A model generated the notes under the pieces. That model made no database searches. It was not told the origin of the DNA and worked only from the letters and a program-made list of their open reading frames with translations. Positions 9,462-22,223 of a stretch of 64,000 nucleotides of DNA are shown piece by piece (position 1 is the first letter of the stretch; each line of letters starts with the position of its first letter). The stretch spans positions 70,673 through 134,672 of the forward strand of contig JACPDI010000031.1 of assembly GCA_016184105.1 (NCBI GenBank), given 5' to 3'. The translations under genes were made by a program, and so were the position numbers. The DNA is from Acidobacteriota bacterium (lineage in GTDB: Bacteria > Acidobacteriota > Vicinamibacteria > Vicinamibacterales > 2-12-FULL-66-21).

Positions 9462-11651
9462 ATGGGCATGCTCGCACGCGCGCTCCGGATGGACCGGCGC
9501 GAACTGGCGTTCCGCGCACGGGTTGCCTCGCGCCAGGCGGCGCAACGAGTCTCTGTCGCCATCCGCACGCCGAAGTGGGACAGCGCCGGCATTGACGGGC
9601 TGCTCGCGGGCGCCGATCGCCGCCGGCTGGGCTCGCATTTTCGTTCGCGTTGCAGGCTCTTTCCGGTTCATCCCACTGACGCCGCCAGGCTGCGTGCGGC
9701 GATGCTCGAGCGGGATCCCGCCGCCTCGGACCACGCGCGCCAGCTCGCCGATCCGATCCTGGCGGGCCGCCTCGACATCCTCGGCTATCGCAATGTCGCC
9801 GTGGGCTCGCCGATCAACTGGCACCGCGATCCCGTCCACGACCGCACCGCGCCGATTCACTTCTGGGCGACCGTCCGGTATCTCGATCCCGCCATCGGCG
9901 ACCACAAGGTCACGTGGGAACTCAATCGGCACCAGCACTGGCTCGTCCTCGGGCGCGCGGCATGGCTGACCGGGGACGTTCGTTATCGTGACGCGATCGT
10001 CACGCAGCTCCGCGACTGGCTCGCGCAGAACCCGCCGCTCATGGGCATCAATTGGGCGAGCATGCTGGAGCTGGCGTTCAGATCGCTCTCATGGCTGTGG
10101 GCGTTGCAGTTCTGCGCGGCGTTCGACGACACGCCGGACGACTGGTTTGCCGAACTCCTCGTCGGACTGGACGCCCAGCTCCGCCACGTCCATGGGAATC
10201 TGTCGTACTACTTCAGCCCGAACACGCACCTGCTCGGCGAGGCGCTGGCGCTGTATGTCGCCGGACGCTCGCTGCCCGAACTGACGCAGGCGACAGACTG
10301 GGTCCGGACCGGGCGCCGCGTGCTGATCGATGAGATCGACCGCCAGGTGCATGCCGATGGCGGGCACGCCGAGCTGTCTGCGCATTACCACCGATACGCG
10401 CTGGACTTTTACCTGCTGGCGCTCTCGATCGCGCGCCTCACCGGCGACACCGGCGCTGAAGGGCGGTTCGAGGAGGTCTCGCGGCGGCTGGCGCGCTACG
10501 CGCGCGCGCTCGCCGACGACAGCGGCCGGCTCCCGCTCATCGGCGATGACGACGGCGGGCAGTTGTTTCCGATCTGCGGCCGCGATCCGGCCGATGCGAG
10601 ACCCTCGCTTGCCTGGGCTGCGGCGCTGCTGGGCGATCCGGCCCTTGCGCCGGACGGCGCGGCTCCGGAGGAGGTTTCGTGGCTCCTCGGGCGCGTTCCC
10701 GACCCGCCAACCGACACGCCGGCGAGCGCGCCAGGGCCCCTCATCCTCGTCTTTCCCGACAGCGGCTACGTGGTCGCACGGACGCTCCGGCGTGACCACG
10801 TGGTGTTCGACGTCGGCCGTCACGGGTTTCTCAACGGCGGCCACGCCCATGCCGATGCGCTCTCCCTCGTCGTCAGCGTGGGAGGACGCGCCGTGCTGAT
10901 CGACCCCGGCACGTCGACCTACACGATGGATGCTGCCCTGCGCGACCGGATGAGGGGCAGCGGCTCCCACAACACGCTGCTCGTCGACGGCCGCCAGCAG
11001 TCAGAACCCTCCGGGCCGTTTCACTGGCGGCGCACTGCCGGAGCGCAGCTCGCGCGCGCAGACACACACCCGCATGGCACCTGGATGTCCGCAGCACACG
11101 ATGGCTACTCCCCGCTCGTGCACCGGCGCGGCGTCTTCCTCTCCGACGACGGGTTGCTGCTCATCGTCGACGCGGTCGACGGAGACGGCGACGTGCTCCA
11201 TACCGCCGAGGTCCGGTGGCACCTGGAACCCTCCTGGGAATACCAGCGGGCGATGCGGGGAGCGAGGTTGATTCACAGTTCACACGCCGAGCTTCGCGTC
11301 AGCAGCACCGCGACACTCCACGCGGTCAAAGGGGGGGAAGGCGGTGGCTGGTGCGCGCCGGTGTACGGCCAGCTGCGGCCGACGTGGATGCTCCTCGGGA
11401 CCCATCGGGCGCCGGCCCCCTTCGAGATCGTGACGGCGCTCTGCGAGGGCTCTGTCCCGCCGAGCCTCGCTGTTCGCGCGGCGGACTCAGAAGACGGCCG
11501 CCGTCTCACGATTACCATCGGGCGCGAGGGTCGCGCCGACGTCTTCGAGATTCACGGTCACGAGCTCCGCCACCACAGCCGCACGGTGGCCCCGTCCGTG
11601 CATCTCCATGCGCCTGCCGCGGCTTCGCCGGCAGGGCGTCCGCGAGGGTAA
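9462..11651 (+). CDS. Heparinase II/III-like (alginate-lyase superfamily) protein
   Basis: DHKVTWELNRHQHWL, NWASMLELAFRSLSWLWAL and GHAHADALS motifs are typical of heparinase II/III-like proteins found in EPS loci. Confidence 0.75.
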   Translation: MGMLARALRMDRRELAFRARVASRQAAQRVSVAIRTPKWDSAGIDGLLAGADRRRLGSHFRSRCRLFPVHPTDAARLRAAMLERDPAASDHARQLADPILAGRLDILGYRNVAVGSPINWHRDPVHDRTAPIHFWATVRYLDPAIGDHKVTWELNRHQHWLVLGRAAWLTGDVRYRDAIVTQLRDWLAQNPPLMGINWASMLELAFRSLSWLWALQFCAAFDDTPDDWFAELLVGLDAQLRHVHGNLSYYFSPNTHLLGEALALYVAGRSLPELTQATDWVRTGRRVLIDEIDRQVHADGGHAELSAHYHRYALDFYLLALSIARLTGDTGAEGRFEEVSRRLARYARALADDSGRLPLIGDDDGGQLFPICGRDPADARPSLAWAAALLGDPALAPDGAAPEEVSWLLGRVPDPPTDTPASAPGPLILVFPDSGYVVARTLRRDHVVFDVGRHGFLNGGHAHADALSLVVSVGGRAVLIDPGTSTYTMDAALRDRMRGSGSHNTLLVDGRQQSEPSGPFHWRRTAGAQLARADTHPHGTWMSAAHDGYSPLVHRRGVFLSDDGLLLIVDAVDGDGDVLHTAEVRWHLEPSWEYQRAMRGARLIHSSHAELRVSSTATLHAVKGGEGGGWCAPVYGQLRPTWMLLGTHRAPAPFEIVTALCEGSVPPSLAVRAADSEDGRRLTITIGREGRADVFEIHGHELRHHSRTVAPSVHLHAPAAASPAGRPRG

Positions 11652-11666
11652 GAGGGTCACAACACG

Positions 11667-13589
<1,923 letters not shown>

Positions 13590-13720
13590 CCGCCGAACGC
13601 GCGGATGGGAAGTCCCTTTCACACACCACCCCCGCGTTTTCACACTCCGCGGGCGCCCGCGAGCGGAAGGGAAAAGAACTCCCGCTTTCCGGCGGTGTGC
13701 GTGGCACTTCGCTTGCTGAG

Positions 13721-14869
13721 ATGCACAGCGCTGTGATCATCACACCCCAGCCGCGCCTCGCGGTGTTCCTCACGAGCTTCCACCCGGGCGGAACCGAACG
13801 GCAGATGGTGGAGCTCGTCTGTCGCCTCGATCGCACCCGCTTCACGGTGTACGTGGCGTGCCTGCATCGCGAGGGCGCATGGCTGCCGAAGGCGGAAGAG
13901 GCCGCAGCAGAGGTCTCAGAGTTCCCCCTCTGCGGGTTTGCCCACGTCTCCGCGGTCCGCGCGGTTCGAGCGTTCGCCGCCTGGTGTCGCGACCGCGCGA
14001 TCCAGATCGTGCACACGTGTGATTTCTACGCGAACGTCGTGGGCCTGGCCGGCGCCGCGATCGCGCGCGTCCCGGTCCGCCTGGGCAGCCGGCGCGAACT
14101 CAAGCCGGATAAGTCCCGGGGGCAACTTGCCCTGCAGCGCGCCGCCTACCATGCGGCCCACCGCGTCATCGCCAACTCTCCCGCCGCGGCACAACAGCTT
14201 GCGCGCGAGGGTGTGAGCGCCGATCGCATCCGCATCATTCCGAACGGGCTCGACGTGGCGCGCTTTCCCCCGATCGCCCACAGCGGCCGTCTCCGCACGC
14301 TGGTGACGGTGGCACACCTGCGCGAGGAGAAGGCGCACGACGTGCTCCTCGAGGCGTTTGCGCGCGTCACCGCTTCAGAGGCCCTGGTGCTCAGGATCGT
14401 CGGAGACGGCCCCCGGCGCGCCGCCCTGGAGCGACAGGCGAGGGCGCTGGGGGTGGCTGACCGCGTTCAGTTCATGGGTCATCGCGAGGACGTCGCGGAG
14501 ATTCTTGCCTCGAGCGACCTGTTTCTTCTGCCTTCGCGCTCCGAGGCGTTTCCCAACAGCGCGATTGAAGCCATGGCCGCCGGCCTCCCCGTGATCGCCT
14601 CCGCGGTCGGAGGATTGCTGGATCTCATCGAGGACGGGCGAACGGGGCTGCTCGTCCCGGCACGGAATGCGGACGCGCTTGTCGCGGCCGTCGAGCGGCT
14701 CCTCGCGCAGCCAACGCTCGCCGCCGCGCTGGGCGCGTCCGCACGGCGGCACGTGCGGGAGCGCTACAGCTTCGACCGCATGGTCGCCGGCTTCGAGGCC
14801 CTTTACCTCGCGGAGTTGCACGCGCGCGCGCCGCTCGCCGCCGATCGTTCGGCCGTTACGGTGTCCTGA
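13721..14869 (+). CDS. Family 4 glycosyltransferase
   Basis: I chose the ATG at 13721 (MHSAVIITPQPRLAVFLTSF). C-terminal SRSEAFPNSAIEAMAAGLPVIAS. The ORF-track start at 13349 overlaps asnB copy 1 and is low-complexity. Confidence 0.8.
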   Translation: MHSAVIITPQPRLAVFLTSFHPGGTERQMVELVCRLDRTRFTVYVACLHREGAWLPKAEEAAAEVSEFPLCGFAHVSAVRAVRAFAAWCRDRAIQIVHTCDFYANVVGLAGAAIARVPVRLGSRRELKPDKSRGQLALQRAAYHAAHRVIANSPAAAQQLAREGVSADRIRIIPNGLDVARFPPIAHSGRLRTLVTVAHLREEKAHDVLLEAFARVTASEALVLRIVGDGPRRAALERQARALGVADRVQFMGHREDVAEILASSDLFLLPSRSEAFPNSAIEAMAAGLPVIASAVGGLLDLIEDGRTGLLVPARNADALVAAVERLLAQPTLAAALGASARRHVRERYSFDRMVAGFEALYLAELHARAPLAADRSAVTVS

Positions 14870-14872
14870 ACC

Positions 14873-16789
14873 ATGTGCGGAATCACGGGAACGGTGAATT
14901 TCGACGGGGCGCCGGTGGACCGGGCGCTCCTCGGCGCGATGACCGACGCGGTCACGCATCGCGGGCCCGATGCCGCCGGCTATCACTTCGCGCCCGGCGT
15001 CGGGCTGGGTCATCGCCGCCTCAGCATCATCGACCTCGTCACCGGGGACCAGCCGTTGGCCAATGAGGACGGCACCGTGTGGACCGTCTTCAACGGCGAG
15101 ATTTACAACTTCGCGGACGTGCGCGCGGAGCTGCAGGCGGCGGGCCATCGATTCCGCACCCGGAGCGACACCGAGGTCATCGTTCACGGCTACGAGGAAT
15201 GGGGCGAGGCCTGCGTCGAGCGTTTCCGCGGGATGTTCGCGCTCGCCGTGTGGGACGCGACGGCGCGGCGGCTCCTGCTCGCCCGCGATCGGCTTGGCGT
15301 CAAACCGCTGTACTATTCGGCGCTGCCGGGCGGCGGCCTGACCTTCGGGTCCGAGATCAAATCGCTGCTGGCCGATCCATCCGTGCCGCGCGACTGGCGC
15401 CCCGACGCGCTGGACGCCTACCTCACGCTGCTCTACGTCCCGGCGCCCGCCACGATTTACCGGTCCATCCAGAAGCTGCCCCCCGGCCACCTCCTCGTCG
15501 CCGAGCGCGGCAGCGTGAGAACACGGCAGTATTGGGACCTCGAGTTCACCGGCACGGGCGACGCCGCGCGGGCGGACGAGTACCTCGAGCAGCTCGACGC
15601 GCTGCTGCGCGAGTCTGTGAAGCTGCGGCTGATGAGCGACGTGCCGCTCGGCGCCTTCCTCTCGGGGGGCAGCGATTCCGCCACGGTCGTCTCGTACATG
15701 GTCGAGACGAGCGACGCACGGGTGGTCACGACGTCGGTGGGATTCGACGTGCACGCGTACGACGAGCTTCACCACGCCGAGGCCGTCGCGCGTCACCTCG
15801 GGTGCGAGTACCACCCGCAGGCTGCGGACCCGAAAGTGGAAGACCTGCTCCCGGCACTGGCGTGGCACTTCGACGAGCCGTTTGCGGACTCGAGCGCCGT
15901 GCCGACCTACTACGTGTCGAAGGCGGCGCGGGAGCTCGTGACCGTCGCGCTCTCGGGCGACGGCGGCGACGAGCTGTGGGCAGGCTACGCCCGTCATCGC
16001 GTCGAGCGGTGGGAGGCCCGCGCACGCCGGGCGCTCGGTGGGGCCGCGCGCCCGGCAGGCTGGGCGGCCCGGGCGCTGCCGCTCGGCATGAAGGGCGCGC
16101 GCGCCCTCCGTCGCCTCGCGCTCTCGCCCGCGGCGGCGTGCGCGGACAAACACGGGTACGGCATGTTCGAACGCGATGCGAAGGCGCGGCTGTACAGCGC
16201 GGATTTCACGCGCGCGGTCCGGCACAGCGACCCGTTCGCGCCGTTCATCGCCGCGTACAACGCCTGCGCGTCGAACGACCCCCTCGATCGCGCGCTCTAC
16301 GTGGACGTGAAGACCTACCTGCTCGACGACATTCTCACGAAGGTCGATCGCATGAGCATGGCGGTGTCGCTCGAAACGCGCGAGCCGCTGCTCGACCACA
16401 AGCTGTTGGAGTTTGCCGCCACGGTGCCCGTCTCGCTCAAGATCCGCGATGGCCACACCAAGTACCTCTTGCGCCGGCTGCTCGAGCGCAAGGTGCCCCG
16501 GCAGATCGTCGAGCGCGGCAAGCGCGGCTTCGAAGCCCCCATCGGCGAGTGGCTCCGCGGCCCGCTCGCCCCGATGGCCGACGACCTGCTGATGGGCGGC
16601 CGGCTCGCCGCTCGCGGCCTGTTCGAGCAGCGCGAAGTCAGCCGCCTCTGGGCCGAGCACCGGACCGGCGTCGCCGATCATCGGCATCGGCTCTGGCAGC
16701 TCGTGATGCTCGAGCTCTGGTTCCGCCAGTGCGCCGACACCGCCGCGGCCCGCCCGGCGACGCCGGGCCCCGTGAGGGAGGTGGCCTGA
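14873..16789 (+). CDS. Asparagine synthase family amidotransferase, copy 2
   Basis: MCGITG start and SGGSDSA PP-loop. The stop overlaps the start of copy 3 (TGATG). Confidence 0.9.
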   Translation: MCGITGTVNFDGAPVDRALLGAMTDAVTHRGPDAAGYHFAPGVGLGHRRLSIIDLVTGDQPLANEDGTVWTVFNGEIYNFADVRAELQAAGHRFRTRSDTEVIVHGYEEWGEACVERFRGMFALAVWDATARRLLLARDRLGVKPLYYSALPGGGLTFGSEIKSLLADPSVPRDWRPDALDAYLTLLYVPAPATIYRSIQKLPPGHLLVAERGSVRTRQYWDLEFTGTGDAARADEYLEQLDALLRESVKLRLMSDVPLGAFLSGGSDSATVVSYMVETSDARVVTTSVGFDVHAYDELHHAEAVARHLGCEYHPQAADPKVEDLLPALAWHFDEPFADSSAVPTYYVSKAARELVTVALSGDGGDELWAGYARHRVERWEARARRALGGAARPAGWAARALPLGMKGARALRRLALSPAAACADKHGYGMFERDAKARLYSADFTRAVRHSDPFAPFIAAYNACASNDPLDRALYVDVKTYLLDDILTKVDRMSMAVSLETREPLLDHKLLEFAATVPVSLKIRDGHTKYLLRRLLERKVPRQIVERGKRGFEAPIGEWLRGPLAPMADDLLMGGRLAARGLFEQREVSRLWAEHRTGVADHRHRLWQLVMLELWFRQCADTAAARPATPGPVREVA

Positions 16790-18745
16790 TGTGCGGCATC
16801 GCCGGAATCATCGCCGCCGATCGCCTGCACGCGGACGAGCGCGCCCGGCTGACCTTCATGCGTGATGTGTTGACGCATCGCGGGCCAGACGATGCGGGCA
16901 CCTATGTGGACGAGCGGGCAGGACTGGCCCACCGGCGCCTGTCGATCGTCGATCTCGCCTCCGGCCACCAGCCGCTGTCGAACGAGGAGGCCACCATCTG
17001 GATCGTGTTCAACGGCGAGATCTACAACCATCGCGAGATTCGCTCCCGCCTCGAAGCGGCCGGGCACCGTTACCGGACCACATCCGACACGGAAACGATC
17101 GTCCACGCGTACGAGCAATGGGGCGACGACTGCGTACACCACTTCCGTGGCATGTTCGCCTTCGCGATCTGGGACGCTCCCCGGCGCCGGCTGCTCCTCG
17201 CGCGCGATCGCCTGGGCGTGAAGCCGCTCTATTGGTGCCGGGTCGGCGACCGGCTGCTGTTCGCCTCGGAGATCAAGGCCATCCTCGAAAGCGGGCTGGT
17301 TCGGGCGGAGGCGAACGAGCCGGTTCTCGCCGAGGTGATCACCACGAGGTACACGTCGGACGAGCAGACGCTGTTCAGAGGCATCTTTCGGCTGCTCCCC
17401 GGGCACCTGCTGGTGTACGGCGATGGGCGGGTCCAGGCCCGGCAGTACTGGGATGTCCCGACCGGTGCGCCCGCACGCTCGCGGTCATTCGACGATCTCG
17501 CCGCCACGTTCCGCGAGCTGCTCGAGGAATCCGTGCGGTTGCGGCTGATGAGCGACGTGCCGCTCGGCATGCTTCTCTCGGGGGGCATCGACAGCAGCGC
17601 GATTGCCGCGCTCATGGCGCGCATGATCGCCCGGCCGCTGCAGACCTTCTCCGTGGCCTTCAAGGACCGCGCCTCGCTCCGTCGCGCACGCCATCAAGGC
17701 GGACCGCCACGAGATCGTCATCGACGAGCGGGACTTCTTTGGGGCGTTGCCGCAGCTCGTGTGGCACGAGGACGAGCCGATCGCGCACCCCTCGAGCGTC
17801 CCGCTCTACTTCGTCTCGCGCCTCGCGCGCGATCACGTGAAGGTGGTGCTCGCGGGCGAGGGCTCGGACGAACTGCTGGCGGGTTACGGCAAGTATCCGC
17901 GCTCGCTGGTCAACTGGCGCGCCGGCAGCATCTACGCGACAGTGGTCCCTGACGCCGCGCGGCTGTGGCTGCGCGAGCGCGTCGTGCCGCGCCTGCCGGG
18001 CCGGATGGGTCGGTACGCGCAGCGGTCCTTCCTCGGATTGCCCCACACGCCGGAGGCGATCTTCTTCGACACCTTCGCCGGCATCCGCCTGCCCCAGGCG
18101 CGCGGGCTGTTGAGCCGCCGCGCGATCGCCGCGGCGCGCGACCCGTACGCGGCATCGTGCGCGTGGCTCGACCGCGCCCAGCCGGGCACGCCGCTGCTCA
18201 ACCGCGTGCTCTACGCGGATCTCAAGACGTACCTGGTCGAGCTGCTCATGAAGCAGGACCAGATGAGCATGGCGGCGTCGATCGAGAGCCGCGTCCCGTT
18301 TCTCGATCACAGGCTCGTCGAGTTCGCCGCGATGCTGCCGCCGTCGGCGAAGCTGCGAGGCCTCACGACCAAGCGGATCCTGCGCGCCGCGGTCCGGGAC
18401 GTGCTGCCGCCCGAGATCCTGGCGCGCCCCAAGATGGGCTTTCCCGTGCCGTTCGGCCGCTGGATGCGGACCGAATGGAGTTCGGTGGCCCGCGACGTCC
18501 TGCTCGACCGCCGCACGCGCGAGCGCGGCATCATCGCGCCCGCGGCGGTCGAGCGGCTGATTGGCGCCCACCGCTCCGGCACCACCGATGGCGGCGATGC
18601 ACTCTGGGCGCTGCTCAACCTCGAGTTGTGGTACCGCACCTGCGTCGACGGCGACGGGGCGCAGGTCTTGAGCACGCCCGCAGGACTGCCGCCGTCGAAC
18701 ACGGCCGCTCCGGTCGACGTGACGGCGCGGGAGGCTATCGCGTGA
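16789..18745 (+). pseudogene. Asparagine synthase family amidotransferase, copy 3, disrupted by a frameshift/short deletion near 17674-17678
   Basis: The N-terminal 295 codons (MCGIAG...SGGIDSS...FSVAFKDRA) lie in frame 1. Homology then continues in frame 2 (SVAHAIKADRHEIVIDERDFFGALPQLVWHEDEPIAHPSS...). About 8 codons that are conserved in copies 1 and 2 are missing at the junction. Confidence 0.7.
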
Positions 18746-19989
18746 AGATTCTCTGGCTGAACGCCGGTCTCCCGTTGCCGCTCGACAAGGGGGGAAAGCT
18801 CCGCACGTGGCACCTGATGCGCCACCTTGCGCGCAGGCACGAGGTGACCTACCTGTCCTTTGCCGCTCCGAACCAGCCGCGGAGCGATCTCGAGGGCATG
18901 CGCGAAGTTGCCGCGCGCGTGCTCACGGTGCCGCGCGAGGACGCGCCGAAGGGCAGCCTCGCGTTCTACGTGGACGCGGCGCGCTACGTCATGAACCCGG
19001 CGCCGTACGCAGTCGCGAAGTACCGCTCTCAGGCCTACGCGGCCGCGTTGACATTCCTGTTGCGCGAACGAGCGTTCGACGTCGCGGTCTGCGATTTTCT
19101 GCCTCCGATCGTCAACATGCCGGCGGAGCTTCCCTGCCCGTCGGTGCTGTTCACGCACAACGTCGAGGCGGAGATCTGGCGGCGCCACGCGGAAACCGCC
19201 GGGCACCCCGTCAGGCGCGCGCTCATGCACGGCCAGTGGACGCGCATGCTCGCGTTCGAGCGCGCGGCGCTGGACCGCTTTGACCTGGTTCTCACGGTGT
19301 CCGATGCGGACCGCGCCACGTTCGAGCGGCTCTATCCCGCCACAGGTCGCGCGTACCACGTGGTGCCGACCGGCGTCGACACGGAGTACTTCGCGCCCGC
19401 CCGTGGCGCGGACCGCGCCCACGCCGCACGCGATCGGCATCTCGTCTTCACCGGCTCCATGGACTGGCTGCCCAACGAGGACGGGATGCTCTACTTCTGC
19501 CGCGAGATCCTCCCGCAGATACGGCAGCTCGAGCCCGGCGTCACGGTCAGCATCGTCGGCCGCGCGCCGACTCCCGCCGTGCGCCGCCTCGCCGAGGCGC
19601 GCGGCGTGGAGGTGACTGGCCGCGTCGACGACGTGCGGCCGCACGTTGCCGGCGCGTCCCTCTCCATCGTTCCCCTTCGAATCGGCGGCGGAACGCGCCT
19701 GAAGATCTTCGAGGCGATGTCGATGGCGAAGGCGGTCGTGTCCACGACCGTCGGTGCGGAGGGGCTGCCGGTGACGCCCGGACGCGACATCGTGATCGCG
19801 GACGAACCCGCGCGGTTCGCGGAAGCGGTGGTGGGCCTGCTCCGGCGGCCGGACGAGCGGCGGCAGATCGAGGCGGCCGCACGGCAGCTCGTGGTCGAGC
19901 GCTACGACTGGTCGGCGGTCGCCCGGGAATTCGAGGCGGCATTGGCACGAGTCGCCACCGCGGCCCGGGCAAAGGAACAGGTCGCGTAG
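18742..19989 (+). CDS. Family 4 glycosyltransferase
   Basis: The GTG at 18742 (VKILWLNAGLPLPLDKGG) overlaps the preceding stop. C-terminal GGGTRLKIFEAMSMAKAVVSTTVGAEG. Confidence 0.8.
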   Translation: MKILWLNAGLPLPLDKGGKLRTWHLMRHLARRHEVTYLSFAAPNQPRSDLEGMREVAARVLTVPREDAPKGSLAFYVDAARYVMNPAPYAVAKYRSQAYAAALTFLLRERAFDVAVCDFLPPIVNMPAELPCPSVLFTHNVEAEIWRRHAETAGHPVRRALMHGQWTRMLAFERAALDRFDLVLTVSDADRATFERLYPATGRAYHVVPTGVDTEYFAPARGADRAHAARDRHLVFTGSMDWLPNEDGMLYFCREILPQIRQLEPGVTVSIVGRAPTPAVRRLAEARGVEVTGRVDDVRPHVAGASLSIVPLRIGGGTRLKIFEAMSMAKAVVSTTVGAEGLPVTPGRDIVIADEPARFAEAVVGLLRRPDERRQIEAAARQLVVERYDWSAVAREFEAALARVATAARAKEQVA

Positions 19990-20005
19990 TACGGGAGAGG
20001 TCCAG

Positions 20006-21358
20006 ATGCAGGTCTCTGTGTTCGGTCTTGGATATGTCGGCTGCGTCTCCGCTGCGTCGTTTGCGAGCGACGGGCACCAGGTGACAGGCGTGGACGTCAA
20101 CGCGGGCAAGGTGGAGGCGATCAACCGTGGGCGCAGCCCGATCGTCGAGGGGGGCCTCGAGGAGCTGATCACAGAGACCGTCTCGCAGGGCACGCTGCGC
20201 GCCACGACGAACGCGGCCGAAGCGGTGGCAGGGACCGGTGTGTCGCTGCTCTGCGTCGGAACGCCCAGCCGGCGGAACGGCAGCCTCGATCTGTCGTACC
20301 TCACCCGGGTCTGCGAGGAAATCGGCGCCGCGCTGCGCGACAAGGCGGATTACCACGTCGTCGTCGTTCGAAGCACCGTGCTCCCCGGCACCGCGTTCAA
20401 CGTGGTCATTCCCCGGCTCGAGCGGCACTCCGGCAAGAAGTACGGCCAGGGGTTTGGCGTCGCGATGAACCCGGAGTTCCTGCGTGAAGGCACGGCGCTG
20501 CATGACTTCCGGAACCCGCCGCTGACGCTCGTGGGCGTCGATCACTCCGCGGACGCCGCTGCAGCGGTGGGCCTGTACGACAAGGTGGAGGCGCCGCTCG
20601 TGACCACCAGCGTGCGCACCGCCGAGATGATGAAGTACGCAAGCAACACGTGGCACGCGCTGAAGGTCTGTTTCGCGAACGAGATTGGCAACCTGTGCAA
20701 GCGCCTCGACATCGACAGCCACGAGGTGATGGACATCTTCTGCCAGGACACCAAGCTGAATCTCAGCTCGCACTACATGAAGCCGGGGTTCGCGTTCGGG
20801 GGGTCGTGCCTGCCCAAGGACGTGCGCGCGCTGCAGTACCGCGCGAAGGAAGTGGACCTGGAGCTGCCGGTCATTCAAGCCATCCTCGGGAGCAACCAGC
20901 TGCAGATCCAGCACGCGCTGGACCTGATCGTGGAGTCGGGGCACAAGCGCGTCGGCCTGCTCGGCTTCAGCTTCAAGGCGGGGACCGACGATCTCCGCGA
21001 GAGCCCGCTCGTGATCCTCGGCGAACAGTTGCTCGGCAAGGGCTACAAGCTGTGCATCTACGACCGGAACGTGTCGCTTGCCCGGCTGGTCGGCGCCAAC
21101 AAGGAGTACATCGAGCGGCAGATTCCCCACCTCTCATCGCTGCTGTGCGACACGGTGGACGAGGTGCTCGAGAACTGCGACGTGATTGTCGTGGGCAATC
21201 ATGCGGCGGAGTTTGCAGGCGCGCTGGCGCGCACGCGCCCCGGCCAGATCGTGATTGACCTCGTGCGCGTGAAGACGGATCTCACAACGATCCCGGCGCG
21301 GTATGAGGGGATCTGCTGGGGGCGTCCGTCGCCGGCCGACGTGCCGGCTGTGGCGTAA
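20006..21358 (+). CDS. Nucleotide-sugar 6-dehydrogenase (UDP-glucose/GDP-mannose dehydrogenase family, AlgD-like N-terminus)
   Basis: MQVSVFGLGYVGCVSAASFA...GVDVN...SPIVEGGLEEL and the GGSCLPKDV catalytic Cys motif. Confidence 0.9.
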   Translation: MQVSVFGLGYVGCVSAASFASDGHQVTGVDVNAGKVEAINRGRSPIVEGGLEELITETVSQGTLRATTNAAEAVAGTGVSLLCVGTPSRRNGSLDLSYLTRVCEEIGAALRDKADYHVVVVRSTVLPGTAFNVVIPRLERHSGKKYGQGFGVAMNPEFLREGTALHDFRNPPLTLVGVDHSADAAAAVGLYDKVEAPLVTTSVRTAEMMKYASNTWHALKVCFANEIGNLCKRLDIDSHEVMDIFCQDTKLNLSSHYMKPGFAFGGSCLPKDVRALQYRAKEVDLELPVIQAILGSNQLQIQHALDLIVESGHKRVGLLGFSFKAGTDDLRESPLVILGEQLLGKGYKLCIYDRNVSLARLVGANKEYIERQIPHLSSLLCDTVDEVLENCDVIVVGNHAAEFAGALARTRPGQIVIDLVRVKTDLTTIPARYEGICWGRPSPADVPAVA

Positions 21359-21386
21359 ACCAGGCCACAGGCGACGGCCTCGGCGG

Positions 21387-22079
21387 TTAGGTGGGCAGGT
21401 CGTTCAGTTCCTCGCCGAGCGAGTCCACGAGCGCGCGCCAGGGCAGCGGCGCGTTCTCTCCTTCCGAGAGCAGCGCCAGTCCGCCGAGCAACGCGCCCGG
21501 CGAGGTGAGACGGTCGGTCCAAATCGTTTCCGCCTCTATATAAAGGTTGAGCGCGGGCATCCGCACTGGCACGGTCGGCGGCAGCGGCGTGTCGGGCGCC
21601 GCCATCGCGAAACGCAGCCCGCCGTAGCTCACATCCAGCAAGCGTGCCGGCCACGAACCGATCTGCACGTGAAAGGCTTCGGGTGCGTGGTGCCGGGGCC
21701 AGCGGCGCTCGCGACGCACTTGCGCGAGCAACCGTTCGACCGAGCGCATGAACTGCTTCGGCTCGAGCGGCTTCTCCATGTACACCGCCCCGTAGCGGGA
21801 CGCCTCGAATTCCAGCGACCGCTCCGGGTAGCCCGTCATCATGATGACGGCCATGTCAGGGTGCAGTAACCGACTCAAGCGAACAAGATGTAGCCCGTTG
21901 TACGACCGAAGTCTGATGTCGGCAACGAGAAGGTCGTAGTGGCCGACGTCCAGGAGACGCCGGGCCGCGTCAAATGTCGCCGCGCCAGTCGTCTGGTGGC
22001 CGGCGTCGCGGAGCAACTCGATCAGGCCGGCCAATGCGGCCTCATCATCATCGACGACGAGAATCTGGAACGGCAGCAT
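21387..22079 (-). CDS. Response regulator with C-terminal PilZ-like domain
   Basis: REC domain (ILVVDDDEAA ... LLVADIRL ... MEKP). The C-terminus has RRERRWPR followed by LLDVSYGGLRF, which fits the PilZ RxxxR / DxSxxG pattern. I prefer the ATG at 22079 over the upstream TTG at 22124. Confidence 0.7.
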   Translation of the reverse strand: MLPFQILVVDDDEAALAGLIELLRDAGHQTTGAATFDAARRLLDVGHYDLLVADIRLRSYNGLHLVRLSRLLHPDMAVIMMTGYPERSLEFEASRYGAVYMEKPLEPKQFMRSVERLLAQVRRERRWPRHHAPEAFHVQIGSWPARLLDVSYGGLRFAMAAPDTPLPPTVPVRMPALNLYIEAETIWTDRLTSPGALLGGLALLSEGENAPLPWRALVDSLGEELNDLPT

Positions 22080-22223
22080 GAAAGCAGTTGGTCGCTGGGG
22101 TGCGGTTCGTCCGGTAAGAGGCAAGGACGGTGCCGCCCACGCATGGACGACAATACAACAAGTTAGCGGGAGCGTGGGCGGGAACGACCGACAAGAACTG
22201 TCACCGGTTTGCGAAAGTGAAAT

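Noticed and set aside
14375-16687. 770-aa minus-strand ORF
   Set aside because: Antisense to asnB copy 2, which has unmistakable MCGI/SGG.DS motifs. Low-complexity Arg-rich translation.
18307-21130. Two long minus-strand ORFs (18307-20343 and 19547-21130)
   Set aside because: Antisense to the GT4 and nucleotide-sugar dehydrogenase genes. Arg/Pro-rich junk translations.
22133-22181. 10-bp inverted repeat ccgcccacgc / gcgtgggcgg with a 29-nt loop between the YqiA-like and REC-PilZ genes
   Set aside because: No U-run follows on either strand and the loop is long. It is not convincing as a terminator and I see no other support.
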